This document shows, piece after piece, positions 1-14,041 of a stretch of 64,000 bases of DNA. The position numbers were made by a program, and so were the translations under genes. The stretch comes from the human T2T-CHM13v2.0 reference genome, Homo sapiens, in assembly GCF_009914755.1 (NCBI RefSeq), contig NC_060948.1; one strand, 5' to 3'. A model generated the notes under the pieces. It saw only the letters and a list, made by a program, of their open reading frames with translations, was not told the origin of the DNA and made no database searches. Each line of letters begins with the position of its first letter. Position 1 is the stretch's first letter.

Positions 1-230
1 CGAAAGGAATTGACTCCAATGGAATGGAATCGAATGGAATGGAAGTGAATAGAATCGAACTAAATCGAATGGAATGGAATTGATAGGAACGGAATGGAAA
101 GGAATGCAATGATTTGGCATGGAATGGAATCGAATGGCATCGAATGGAATGGAATGGAATGCAATGGAATGGAATGTATTAGAATGTAATGAACTTTAAT
201 GGAATGTACTCGAATGGATTCGACTGGAAT

Positions 231-245
231 GGAATGTTCTGGAAG
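231..245. promoter_or_regulatory. Perfect 3-box heat-shock element motif gGAAtgTTCtgGAAg (recurs once per DYZ1 unit)
   Basis: Exact match to nGAAnnTTCnnGAAn. Motif match only; binding is not shown. Confidence 0.45.
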
Positions 246-510
246 TGAATGGACTCCAATGGAATGGATTCAAAAGGAATGGAATCGTACGGAATGGAAT
301 CTAATGGAATGGAATTAAATGGAAATGAATCAAATTGAATAGCACGGAATTGAATTGAATGGAATGGAATGCAATGGAATCTAATGAAACGGAAAGGAAA
401 GGAATGGAATGGAATGGAATGGGCTGGAATGGAAAGGAATCGAAACGAATGGAATGGAATCGAACTGAAGAGACTGGAATGGAATGCACTGGAATGGAAG
501 GGAGTGTAAT

Positions 511-525
511 GGAAGGTTCTCGAAA
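511..525. promoter_or_regulatory. Perfect 3-box heat-shock element motif gGAAggTTCtcGAAa (recurs once per DYZ1 unit)
   Basis: Exact match to nGAAnnTTCnnGAAn. Motif match only. Confidence 0.45.
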
Positions 526-1536
526 AAAATGGAATCGAATGGAATGGAATTGAATGGAACGGAATAGAGTCGAATGGAATTGAATGGAATGGAATGGACT
601 AGAGTGAAATGGAATCGAACCACAAGGAATGGACAGGAATAGAATGGTCTCGAATTGAATGGAATCGTATGGAATGGCATCAAACGGAATGGAATGGACA
701 GCCACGGAATGGAATGCACTCGAATGCAATGGAGTCGAAACTAATGGACTGGAATAGAATGGACTCGACTGGTACGGACTCCAATGGAATGGAATCGAAT
801 GGAAGGGAATCGAACGGAATGGACTCGAAGGGAAAAGACTGCAATGGAAAGGTCTCGAATGGAATGGAAATTAATAGAATGGAATGGAATCGAATGAAAT
901 GGAGTCAAAAGGAATGGAATCGAATGGCAAGAAATCGAATGTAATGGAATCGCAAGGAATTGATGTGAACGGAACGGAATGGAATGGAATCCAAAGGAAT
1001 GGAATAGAATGGAATGGAATCGAATGGAAAGGACTCGAATGGAAATCACTCGAATAGAATGCAATTTAATAAAATAGGATCAAATGTAATGGAATGGAAT
1101 GGAAAGGAATCGAAACGAAAGGAATGGAGACAGATGGAATGGAATGGAACAGAGAGCAATGGTATAGAATGGAATGGAATCATCTGGAATGGAATTGAAT
1201 GGAATGGAATAATATGAAATGGAATGGAATGGAATGGAATGGAATGCCCTTGAATTAAATGGACTGGAATGGAATGGACTCGAACAGAGTGGAATGGAAA
1301 GTGTTGAGATAGAATGGAATGGACTCGTTTGGAATGGTCTAGTATGCAATGCAATCGACTGGCAGGGAATCAAAAGGAATGTAATGGAATGGATTGGACT
1401 GGAATGCAATGGACTCGAATAGATTGGAAACGGAATGCAAAGGAATGGAATGGAATAGTATGGAATGGAATGGAAAGGAATGGAGTGGAATAGACTAGAG
1501 TGGAATGGAATGGACTGGAAAGCAATAGACTGGAAT

Positions 1537-1551
1537 GGAACTTTCTTGAAT
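1537..1551. promoter_or_regulatory. Perfect 3-box heat-shock element motif gGAActTTCttGAAt (recurs once per DYZ1 unit)
   Basis: Exact match to nGAAnnTTCnnGAAn. Motif match only. Confidence 0.45.
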
Positions 1552-3404
1552 GGACTGGAATGAAACGGAATGGAATGCAATGCAATCAAATGGCATGGAA
1601 TAAAATAGAATGAAAGAGAATCAAATGGAATTGAATCGAATGGAATCGAATGGATTGGAAAGGAATAGAATGGAATGGAATGGAATTGACTCAAATGGAA
1701 TGGACTAGAATGGAATGGATTCGAATGGAAGGCAAAGGAATGGAATCTATTGGAATGGACTGTAATGGAATGGAATGGAAGGGATTGGAATGGACTCGAA
1801 TGGAATGGACTGCAATAGAAAGGATTCGAATGGAATGAAAAAGAATTGAATGGAATAGAACAGAATGGAATCAAATCGAATGAAATGGAATGGAATAGAA
1901 AGGAATGGAATGAAATGGAATGGAAAGGATTCGAATGGAATGCAATCGAATGGAATGGAATCGAACGGAATGGAATAAAATGGAAGAAAACTGGCAAGAA
2001 ATGGAATCGAAATGAATGTAGTGTTATGGAACGGACTCAAAAGGAATTGAATGTAATAGAATGGAGTGGAGTGGACTCGAATATAATGGACTGGAATGGA
2101 ATGAAATCACATGGAATGGGAACGAATGGAATGGAATGGAAAGGAATGGAATCGAATGGAAAGGAATCGAATGGAAGGGAATGAAATTGAATCAACAGGA
2201 ATGGAAGGGAATAGAATAGACGGTAATGGAATGGACTCGAATAGAATGGACACGAATGCTCAAATTGAATGGACTCGAATGGAATGGAAACGAAAGGAAT
2301 GTCATCGAATGGAATTGAATCGATTGGAATGAAATCGCATAGAATGGAGTGGAATCAAATGGAATTGAATCGAAAGGAAAGGAAGCGAATGGACTGAAAT
2401 GAAATGGAATGGAATTGAATGGAAAGTAATGCAATGGAATAGAATGGAACGAAATTTCACGGAATGGAATCAAACTGAATGGAATCAAATCAATGGAATC
2501 TAATCAAATGGAATGGAAAGGAATTGAATGGAGTAGATTGGATTGGATGGGATTGGAATGAAATGTACTGGAAAGGACTCGAATTTCATGAAACGGAATG
2601 GAATGAATTGGAACGGAATGGACTCGAATGGAATGGAATGTCATGGAATGGCATCAAATGGAATGGCATCAAATGGAATGGAATCGAATGCAATGGAATG
2701 CTATGGAATGGAATGGAATGCATTGGAATGGAATGTCCTCTAATGGAATGGATTCGAGTGGAATGGAATCGAATATAATGGAGTCGAATGAAATGGAATT
2801 GAAAAGAATGGGATCGAATACAATGGAATATACTGGAATGTAACGTAATGAACTCGAATGTAATTGACTGGAATGGAATGTACATGAATGGAATGTAATC
2901 GAATGGAAAGTAATCCAATGGAATAGAAACTAATGCAATAAAATCGACTCAAATAGAGTAGAATGTAATGGAATGGAGTGCAGTGCAATGGAATGGAATG
3001 GAATGGAATGCAATGGAATGGAATGGAATGGAATGGAATGGGATGGAATGGTGTGGAATGGATAGTAATGGACTGGTGTGAAATGGACTGGAAAGGAATG
3101 GACTCAAATTGAAAGGGCTCGAAAGGAATGGAGTCAAATGGAATGGTCTGGAATGGAATGAACACGAATGTAATGCAATCCAATAGAATGGAATCGAATG
3201 GCATGGAATATAAAGAAATGGAATCGAAGAGAATGGAAACAAATGGAATGGAATTGAATGGAATGGAATTGAATGGAATGGGAAGGAATGGAGTGAAATT
3301 GTATGCAGTAGAAGAGAATAGAATGGAATGCAAGTGAAAGGAAAGGAATGGATTGGAATGGAATGGAATTCATTGGAATGGAAGGGAATGTAGTGTAATG
3401 GACA

Positions 3405-6400
3405 GGCCTGGAATAAAGTGGAATGCTACGGTCTCGAATGGAATAAAAATGTATGGAATGGAATGCAATGAAACGGAATCGAATGTCATAGAATGTAATG
3501 GAATGCAACAAAATGGAATCCAAAATCATTGACTGGAAAGGCTGGGTGTCGAAAGGAATTGACTCCAATGGAATGGAATCGAATGGAATGGAAGTGAATA
3601 GAATCGAACTAAATCGAATGGAATGGAATTGATAGGAACGGAATGGAAAGGAATGCAATGATTTGGCATGGAATGGAATCGAATGGCATCGAATGGAATG
3701 GAATGGAATGCAATGGAATGGAATGTATTAGAATATAATGAACTTTAATGGAATGTACTCGAATGGATTCGACTGGAATGGAATGTTCTGGAAGTGAATG
3801 GACTCCAATGGAATGGATTCAAAAGGAATGGAATCGTACGGAATGGAATCTAATGGAATGGAATTAAATGGAAATGAATCAAATTGAATAGCACGGAATT
3901 GAATTGAATGGAATGGAATGCAATGGAATCTAATGAAACGGAAAGGAAAGGAATGGAATGGAATGGAATGGGCTGGAATGGAAAGGAATCGAAACGAATG
4001 GAATGGAATCGAACTGAAGAGACTGGAATGGAATGCACTGGAATGGAAGGGAGTGTAATGGAAGGTTCTCGAAAAAAATGGAATCGAATGGAATGGAATT
4101 GAATGGAACGGAATAGAGTCGAATGGAATTGAATGGAATGGAATGGACTAGAGTGAAATGGAATCGAACCACAAGGAATGGACAGGAATAGAATGGTCTC
4201 GAAGTGAATGGAATCGTATGGAATGGCATTAAACGGAATGGAATGGACAGCCACGGAATGGAATGCACTCGAATGCAATGGAGTCGAAACTAATGGACTG
4301 GAATAGAATTCACTCGACTGGTACGGACTCCAATGGAATGGAATCGAATGGAAGGGAATCGAACGGAATGGACTCGAAGGGAAAAGACTGCAATGGAAAG
4401 GTCTCGAATGGAATGGAAATTAATGGAATGGAATGGAATCGAATGAAATGGAGTCAAAAGGAATGGAATCGAATGGCAAGAAATCGAATGTAATGGAATC
4501 GCAAGGAATTGATGTGAACGGAACGGAATGGAATGGAATCCAAAGGAATGGAATAGAATGGAATGGAATCGAATGGAAAGGACTCGAATGGAAATCACTC
4601 GAATAGAATGCAATTTAATAAAATAGGATCAAATGTAATGGAATGGAATGGAAAGGAATCGAAACGAAAGGAATGGAGACAGATGGAATGGAATGGAACA
4701 GAGAGCAATGGTATAGAATGGAATGGAATCATCTGGAATGGAATTGAATGGAATGGAATAATATGAAATGGAATGGAATGGAATGGAATGGAATGCCCTT
4801 GAATTAAATGGACTGGAATGGAATGGACTCGAACAGAGTGGAATGGAAAGTGTTGAGATAGAATGGAATGGACTCGTTTGGAATGGTCTAGTAGGCAATG
4901 CAATCGACTGGCAGGGAATCAAAAGGAATGTAATGGAATGGATTGGACTGGAATGCAATGGACTCGAATAGATTGGAAACGGAATGCAAAGGAATGGAAT
5001 GGAATAGTATGGAATGGAATGGAAAGGCATGCAGTGGAATAGACTAGAGTGGAATGGAATGGACTGGAAAGCAATGGACTGGAATGGAACTTTCTTGAAT
5101 GGACTGGAATCAAACGGAATGGAATGCAATGCAATCAAATGGCATGGAATAAAATAGAATGAAAGAGAATCAAATGGAATTGAATCGAATGGAATCGAAT
5201 GGATTGGAAAGGAATAGAATGGAATGGAATGGAATTGACTCAAATGGAATGGACTAGAATGGAATGGATTCGAATGGAAGGCAAAGGAATGGAATCTATT
5301 GGAATGGACTGTAATGGAATGGAATGGAAGGGATTGGAATGGACTCGAATGGAATGGACTGCAATAGAAAGGATTCGAATGGAATGAAAAAGAATTGAAT
5401 GGAATAGAACAGAATGGAATGAAATCGAATGAAATGGAATGGAATAGAAAGGAATGGAATGAAATGGAATGGAAAGGATTCGAATGGAATGCAATCGAAT
5501 GGAATGGAATCGAACGGAATGGAATAAAATGGAAGAAAACTGGCAAGAAATGGAATCGAAATGAATGGAGTGTTATGGAACGGACTCAAAAGGAATTGAA
5601 TGTAATAGAATGGAGTGGAGTGGACTCGAATATAATGGACTGGAATGGAATGAAATCACATGGAATGGGAACGAATGGAATGGAATGGAAAGGAATGGAA
5701 TCGAATGGAAAGGAATCGAATGGAAGGGAATGAAATTGAATCAACAGGAATGGAAGGGAATAGAATAGACGGTAATGGAATGGACTCGAATAGAATGGAC
5801 ACGAATGCTCAAATTGAATGGACTCGAATGGAATGGAAACGAAAGGAATGTCATCGAATGGAATTGAATGGATTGGAATGAAATCGCATAGAATGGAGTG
5901 GAATCAAATGGAATTGAATCGAAAGGAAAGGAAGCGAATGGACTGAAATGAAATGGAATGGAATTGAATGGAAAGTAATGCAATGGAATAGAATGGAACG
6001 AAATTTCACGGAATGGAATCAAACTGAATGGAATCAAATCAATGGAATCTAATCAAATGGAATGGAAAGGAATTGAATGGAGTAGATTGGATTGGATGGG
6101 ATTGGAATGAAATGTACTGGAAAGGACTCGAATTTCATGAAACGGAATGGAATGAATTGGAACGGAACGGACTCGAATGGAATGGAATGTCATGGAATGG
6201 CATCAAATGGAATGGCATCAAATGGAATGGAATCGAATGCAATGGAATGCTATGGAATGGAATGGAATGCATTGGAATGGAATGTCCTCTAATGGAATGG
6301 ATTCGAGTGGAATGGCATCGAATATAATGGAGTCGAATGTAATGGAATTGAAAAGAATGGGATCGAATACAATGGAATATACTGGAATGTAATGTAATGA

Positions 6401-6953
6401 ACTCGAATGTAATTGACTGGAATGGAATGTACATGAATGGAATGTAATCGAATGGAAAGTAATCCAATGGAATAGAAACTAATGCAATAAAATCGACTCA
6501 AATAGAGTAGAATGTAATGGAATGGAGTGCAGTGCAATGGAATGGAATGGAATGGAATGCAATGGAATGGAATGGAATGGAATGGAATGGGATGGAATGG
6601 TGTGGAATGGATAGTAATGGACTGGTGTGAAATGGACTGGAAAGGAATGGACTCAAATTGAAAGGGCTCGAAAGGAATGGAGTCAAATGGAATGGTCTGG
6701 AATGGAATGAACACGAATGTAATGCAATCCAATAGAATGGAATCGAATGGCATGGAATATAAAGAAATGGAATCGAAGAGAATGGAAACAAATGGAATGG
6801 AATTGAATGGAATGGAATTGAATGGAATGGGAAGGAATGGAGTGAAATTGTATGCAGTAGAAGAGAATAGAATGGAATGCAAGTGAAAGGAAAGGAATGG
6901 ATTGGAATGGAATGGAATTCATTGGAATGGAAGGGAATGTAGTGTAATGGACA
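3405..6953 (+). repeat. DYZ1 unit, HaeIII-to-HaeIII, 3549 bp (modal length)
   Basis: GGCC at 3405 and 6954; the ORF track repeats at an offset of 3549. Confidence 0.95.
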
Positions 6954-9900
6954 GGCCTGGAATAAAGTGGAATGCTACGGTCTCGAATGGAATAAAAATG
7001 TATGGAATGGAATGCAATGAAACGGAATCGAATGTCATAGAATGTAATGGAATGCAACAAAATGGAATCCAAAATCATTGACTGGAAAGGCTGGGTGTCG
7101 AAAGGAATTGACTCCAATGGAATGGAATCGAATGGAATGGAAGTGAATAGAATCGAACTAAATCGAATGGAATGGAATTGATAGGAACGGAATGGAAAGG
7201 AATGCAATGATTTGGCATGGAATGGAATCGAATGGCATCGAATGGAATGGAATGGAATGCAATGGAATGGAATGTATTAGAATGTAATGAACTTTAATGG
7301 AATGTACTCGAATGGATTCGACTGGAATGGAATGTTCTGGAAGTGAATGGACTCCAATGGAATGGATTCAAAAGGAATGGAATCGTACGGAATGGAATCT
7401 AATGGAATGGAATTAAATGGAAATGAATCAAATTGAATAGCACGGAATTGAATTGAATGGAATGGAATGCAATGGAATCTAATGAAACGGAAAGGAAAGG
7501 AATGGAATGGAATGGAATGGGCTGGAATGGAAAGGAATCGAAACGAATGGAATGGAATCGAACTGAAGAGACTGGAATGGAATGCACTGGAATGGAAGGG
7601 AGTGTAATGGAAGGTTCTCGAAAAAAATGGAATCGAATGGAATGGAATTGAATGGAACGGAATAGAGTCGAATGGAATTGAATGGAATGGAATGGACTAG
7701 AGTGAAATGGAATCGAACCACAAGGAATGGACAGGAATAGAATGGTCTCGAATTGAATGGAATCGTATGGAATGGCATCAAACGGAATGGAATGGACAGC
7801 CACGGAATGGAATGCACTCGAATGCAATGGAGTCGAAACTAATGGACTGGAATAGAATGGACTCGACTGGTACGGACTCCAATGGAATGGAATCGAATGG
7901 AAGGGAATCGAACGGAATGGACTCGAAGGGAAAAGACTGCAATGGAAAGGTCTCGAATGGAATGGAAATTAATAGAATGGAATGGAATCGAATGAAATGG
8001 AGTCAAAAGGAATGGAATCGAATGGCAAGAAATCGAATGTAATGGAATCGCAAGGAATTGATGTGAACGGAACGGAATGGAATGGAATCCAAAGGAATGG
8101 AATAGAATGGAATGGAATCGAATGGAAAGGACTCGAATGGAAATCACTCGAATAGAATGCAATTTAATAAAATAGGATCAAATGTAATGGAATGGAATGG
8201 AAAGGAATCGAAACGAAAGGAATGGAGACAGATGGAATGGAATGGAACAGAGAGCAATGGTATAGAATGGAATGGAATCATCTGGAATGGAATTGAATGG
8301 AATGGAATAATATGAAATGGAATGGAATGGAATGGAATGGAATGCCCTTGAATTAAATGGACTGGAATGGAATGGACTCGAACATAGTGGAATGGAAAGT
8401 GTTGAGATAGAATGGAATGGACTCCTTTGGAATGGTCTAGTATGCAATGCAATCGACTGGTAGGGAATCAAATGGAATGTAATCGAATGGATTGGACTGG
8501 AATGCAATGGACTCGAATAGATTGGAAACGGAATGCAAAGGAATGGAATGGATTAGTATGGAATGGAATGGAAAGGAATGGAGTGGAATAGACTAGAGTG
8601 GAATGGAATGGACTGGAAAGCAATGGACTGGAATGGAACTTTCTTGAATGGACTGGAATCAAACGGAATGGAATGCAATGCAATCAAATGGCATGGAATA
8701 AAATAGAATGAAAGAGAATCAAATGGAATTGAATCAAATGGAATCGAATGGATTGGAAAGGAATAGAATGGAATGGAATGGAATTGACTCAAATGGAATG
8801 GACTAGAATGGAATGGATTCGAATGGAAGGCAAAGGAATGGAATCTATTGGAATGGACTGTAATGGAATGGAATGGAAGGGATTGGAATGGACTCGAATG
8901 GAATGGACTGCAATAGAAAGGATTCGAATGGAATGAAAAAGAATTGAATGGAATAGAACAGAATGGAATCAAATCGAATGAAATGGAATGGAATAGAAAG
9001 GAATGGAATGAAATGGAATGGAAAGGATTCGAATGGAATGCAATCGAATGGAATGGAATCGAACGGAATGGAATAAAATGGAAGAAAACTGGCAAGAAAT
9101 GGAATCGAAATGAATGGAGTGTTATGGAACAGACTCAAAAGGAATTGAATGTAATAGAATGGAGTGGAGTGGACTCGAATATAATGGACTGGAATGGAAT
9201 GAAATCACATGGAATGGGAACGAATGGAATGGAATGGAAAGGAATGGAATCGAATGGAAAGGAATCGAATGGAAGGGAATGAAATTGAATCAACAGGAAT
9301 GGAAGGAAGTAGAATAGACGGTAATGGAATGGACTCGAATAGAATGGACACGAATGCTCAAATTGAATGGACTCGAATGGAATGGAAACGAAAGGAATGT
9401 CATCGAATGGAATTGAATCGATTGGAATGAAATCGCATAGAATGGAGTGGAATCAAATGGAATTGAATCGAAAGGAAAGGAAGCGAATGGACTGAAATGA
9501 AATGGAATGGAATTGAATGGAAAGTAATGCAATGGAATAGAATGGAACGAAATTTCACGGAATGGAATCAAACTGAATGGAATCAAATCAATGGAATCTA
9601 ATCAAATGGAATGGAAAGGAATTGAATGGAGTAGATTGGATTGGATGGGATTGGAATGAAATGTACTGGAAAGGACTCGAATTTCATGAAACGGAATGGA
9701 ATGAATTGGAACGGAACGGACTCGAATGGAATGGAATGTCATGGAATGGCATCAAATGGAATGGCATCAAATGGAATGGAATCGAATGCAATGGAATGCT
9801 ATGGAATGGAATGGAATGCATTGGAATGGAATGTCCTCAAATGGAATGGATTCGAGTGGAATGGAATCGAATATAATGGAGTCGAATGAAATGGAATTGA

Positions 9901-10512
9901 AAGGAATGGGATCGAATAGAATGGAATATACTGAAATGTAATGTAATGAACTCGAATGTAATTGACTGGAATGGAATGTACATGAATGGAATGTAATCGA
10001 ATGGAAAGTAATCCAATGGAATAGTATCTAATGCAATAAAACCGACTCAGATAGAGTAGAATGTAATGGAATGGAGTGCAGTGCAATGGAATGGAATGGA
10101 ATTGAATGCAATGGAATGCAATGGAATGGAATGGAATGGAATGGAATGGGATGGAATGGTATGGAATGGATAGTAATGGACTGGAGTGAAATGGACTGGA
10201 AAGGAATGGACTCAAATTGAAAGGGCTCGAAAGGAATGGAGTCAAATGGAATGGTCTGGAATGGAATGAAAACGAATGTAATGCAATCCAATAGAATGGA
10301 AACGAATGGCATGGAATATAAAGAAATGGAATCGAAGAGAATGGAAACAAATGGAATGGAATTGAATGGAATGGAATTGAATGGAATGGGAACGAATGGA
10401 GTGAAATTGTATGCAGTAGAAGGGAATAGAATGGAATGCAAGCGAAAGGAAAGGAATGGATTGGAATGGAATGGAATTCATTGGAATGGAAGGGAATGTA
10501 GTGTAATGGACA
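6954..10512 (+). repeat. DYZ1 unit, 3559 bp (+10)
   Basis: GGCC at 6954 and 10513; two extra pentamers near 10101-10110 (attgaatgca). Confidence 0.93.
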
Positions 10513-13500
10513 GGCCTGGAATAAAGTGGAATGCTACGGTCTCGAATGGAATAAAAATGTATGGAATGGAATGCAATGAAACGGAATCGAATGTCATAGA
10601 ATGTAATGGAATGCAACAAAATGGAATCCAAAATCATTGACTGGAAAGGCTGGGTGTCGAAAGGAATTGACTCCAATGGAATGGAATCGAATGGAATGGA
10701 AGTGAATAGAATCGAACTAAATCGAATGGAATGGAATTGATAGGAACGGAATGGAAACGAATGCAATGATTTGGCATGGAATGGAATCGAATGGCATCGA
10801 ATGGAATGGAATGGAATGCAATGGAATGGAATGTATTAGAATGTAATGAACTTTAATGGAATGTACTCGAATGGATTCGACTGGAATGGAATGTTCTGGA
10901 AGTGAATGGACTCCAATGGAATGGATTCAAAACGAATGGAATCGTACGGAATGGAATCTAATGGAATGGAATTAAATGGAAATGAATCAAATTGAATAGC
11001 ACGGAATTGAATTGAATGGAATCGAATGCAATGGAATCTAATGAAACGGAAAGGAAAGGAATGCAATGGAATGGAATGGGCTGGAATGGAAAGGAATCGA
11101 AACGAATGGAATGGAATCGAACTGAAGAGACTGGAATGGAATGCACTGGAATGGAAGGGAGTGTAATGGAAGGTTCTCGAAAAAAATGGAATCGAATGGA
11201 ATGGAATTGAATGGAACGGAATAGAGTCGAATGGAATTGAATGGAATGGAATGGACTAGAGTGAAATGGAATCGAACCACAAGGAATGGACAGGAATAGA
11301 ATGGTCTCGAATTGAATGGAATCGTATGGAATGGCATCAAACGGAATGGAATGGACAGCCACGGAATGGAATGCACTCGAATGCAATGGAGTCGAAACTA
11401 ATGGACTGGAATAGAATGGACTCGACTGGTACGGACTCCAATGGAAGGGAATCGAATGGAAGGGAATCGAACGGAATGGACTCGAAGGGAAAAGACTGCA
11501 ATGGAAAGGTCTCGAATGGAATGGAAATTAATGGAATGGAATGGAATCGAATGAAATGGAGTCAAAAGGAATGGAATCGAATGGCAAGAAATCGAATGTA
11601 ATGGAATCGCAAGGAATTGATGTGAACGGAACGGAATGGAATGGAATCCAAAGGAATGGAATAGAATGGAATGGAATCGAATGGAAAGGACTCGAATGGA
11701 AATCACTCGAATAGAATGCAATTTAATAAAATAGGATCAAATGTAATGGAATGGAATGGAAAGGAATCGAAACGAAAGGAATGGAGACAGATGGAATGGA
11801 ATGGAACAGAGAGCAATGGTATAGAATGGAATGGAATCATCTGGAATGGAATTGAATGGAATGGAATAATATGAAATGGAATGGAATGGAATGGAATGGA
11901 ATGCCCTTGAATTAAATGGACTGGAATGGAATGGACTCGAACAGAGTGGAATGGAAAGTGTTGAGATAGAATGGAATGGACTCGTTTGGAATGGTGTAGT
12001 ATGCAATGCAATCGACTGGCAGGGAATCAAAAGGAATGTAATCGAATGGATTGGACTGGAATGCAATGGACTCGAATAGATTGCAAACGGAATGCAAAGG
12101 AATGGAATGGAATAGTATGGAATGGAATGGAAAGGAATGGAGTGGAATAGACTAGAGTGGAATGGAATGGACTGGAAAGCAATGGACTGGAATGGAACTT
12201 TCTTGAATGGACTGGAATCAAACGGAATGGAATGCAATGCAATCAAATGGCATGGAATAAAATAGAATGAAAGAGAATCAAATGGAATTGAATCGAATGG
12301 AATCGAATGGATTGGAAAGGAATAGAATGGAATGGAATGGAATGGACTAGAATGGAATGGATTCGAATGGAAGGCAAAGGAATGGAATCTATTGGAATGG
12401 ACTGTAATGGAATGGAATGGAAGGGATTGGAATGGACTCGAATGGAATGGACTGCAATAGAAAGGATTCGAATGGAATGAAAAAGAATTGAATGGAATAG
12501 AACAGAATGGAATCAAATCGAATGAAATGGAATGGAATAGAAAGGAATGGAATGAAATGGAATGGAAAGGATTCGAATGGAATGCAATCGAATGGAATGG
12601 AATCGAACGGAATGGAATAAAATGGAAGAAAACTGGCAAGAAATGGAATCGAAATGAATGGAGTGTTATGGAACGGACTCAAAAGGAATTGAATGTAATA
12701 GAATGGAGTGGAGTGGACTCGAATATAATGGACTGGAATGGAATGAAATCACATGGAATGGGAACGAATGGAATGGAATGGAAAGGAATGGAATCGAATG
12801 GAAAGGAATCGAATGGAAGGGAATGAAATTGAATCAACAGGAATGGAAGGGAATAGAATAGACGGTAATGGAATGGACTCGAATAGAATGGACACGAATG
12901 CTCAAATTGAATGGACTCGAATGGAATGGAAACGAAAGGAATGTCATCGAATGGAATTGAATCGATTGGAATGAAATCGCATAGAATGGAGTGGAATCAA
13001 ATGGAATTGAATCGAAAGGAAAGGAAGCGAATGGACTGAAATGAAATGGAATGGAATTGAATGGAAAGTAATGCAATGGAATAGAATGGAACGAAATTTC
13101 ACGGAATGGAATCAAACTGAATGGAATCAAATCAATGGAATCCAATCAAATGGAATGGAGTAGATTGGATTGGATGGGATTGGAATGAAATGTACTGGAA
13201 AGGACTCGAATTTCATGAAACGGAATGGAATGAATTGGAACGGAATGGACTCGAATGGAATGGAATGTCATAGAATGGCATCAAATGGAATGGCATCAAA
13301 TGGAATGGAATCGAATGCAATGGAATGCTATGGAATGGAATGGAATGCATTGGAATGGAATGTCCTCTAATGGAATGGATTCGAGTGGAATGGAATCGAA
13401 TATAATGGAGTCGAATGAAATGGAATTGAAAGGAATGGGATCGAATAGAATGGAATATACTGGAATGTAATGTAATGAACTCGAATGTAATTGACTGGAA

Positions 13501-14041
13501 TGGAATGTACATGAATGGAATGTAATCGAACGGAAAGTAATCCAATGGAATAGAATCTAATGCAATAAAATCGACTCAGATAGAGTAGAATGTAATGGAA
13601 TGGGGTGCAGTGCAATGGAATGGAATGGAATGGAATGCAATGGAATGGAATGGAATGGAATGGAATGGAATGGAATGGGATGGAATGGTACGGAATGGAT
13701 GGTAATGGACTGGAGTGAAATGGACTGGAAAGGAATGGACTCAAATTGAAAGGGCTGGAAAGGAATGGAGTCAAATGGAATGGTCTGGAATGGAATGAAC
13801 ACGAAAGTAATGCAATCCAATAGAATGGAATCGAATGGCAAGGAATATAATGAAATGGAATCGAAGAGAATTGAAACAAATGGAATGGAATTGAATGGAA
13901 TGGAATTGAATGGAATGGGAACGAATGGAGTGAAATTGTATGCAGTAGAAGGGAATAGAATGGAATGCAAGCGAAAGGAAAGGAATGGATTGGAATGGAA
14001 TGGAATTCATTGGAATGGAAGGGAATGTAGTGTAATGGACA
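10513..14041 (+). repeat. DYZ1 unit, 3529 bp (-15, -15, +10)
   Basis: GGCC at 10513 and 14042. Lacks gaattgactcaaatg near 12340 and 15 bp near 13155; has a longer pure GGAAT run near 13640-13680. Confidence 0.93.

Noticed and set aside
2450-2595. Additional heat-shock elements at gaaatttcacgga and gaatttcatgaa
   Set aside because: Only two correctly spaced boxes each; the third is out of register.
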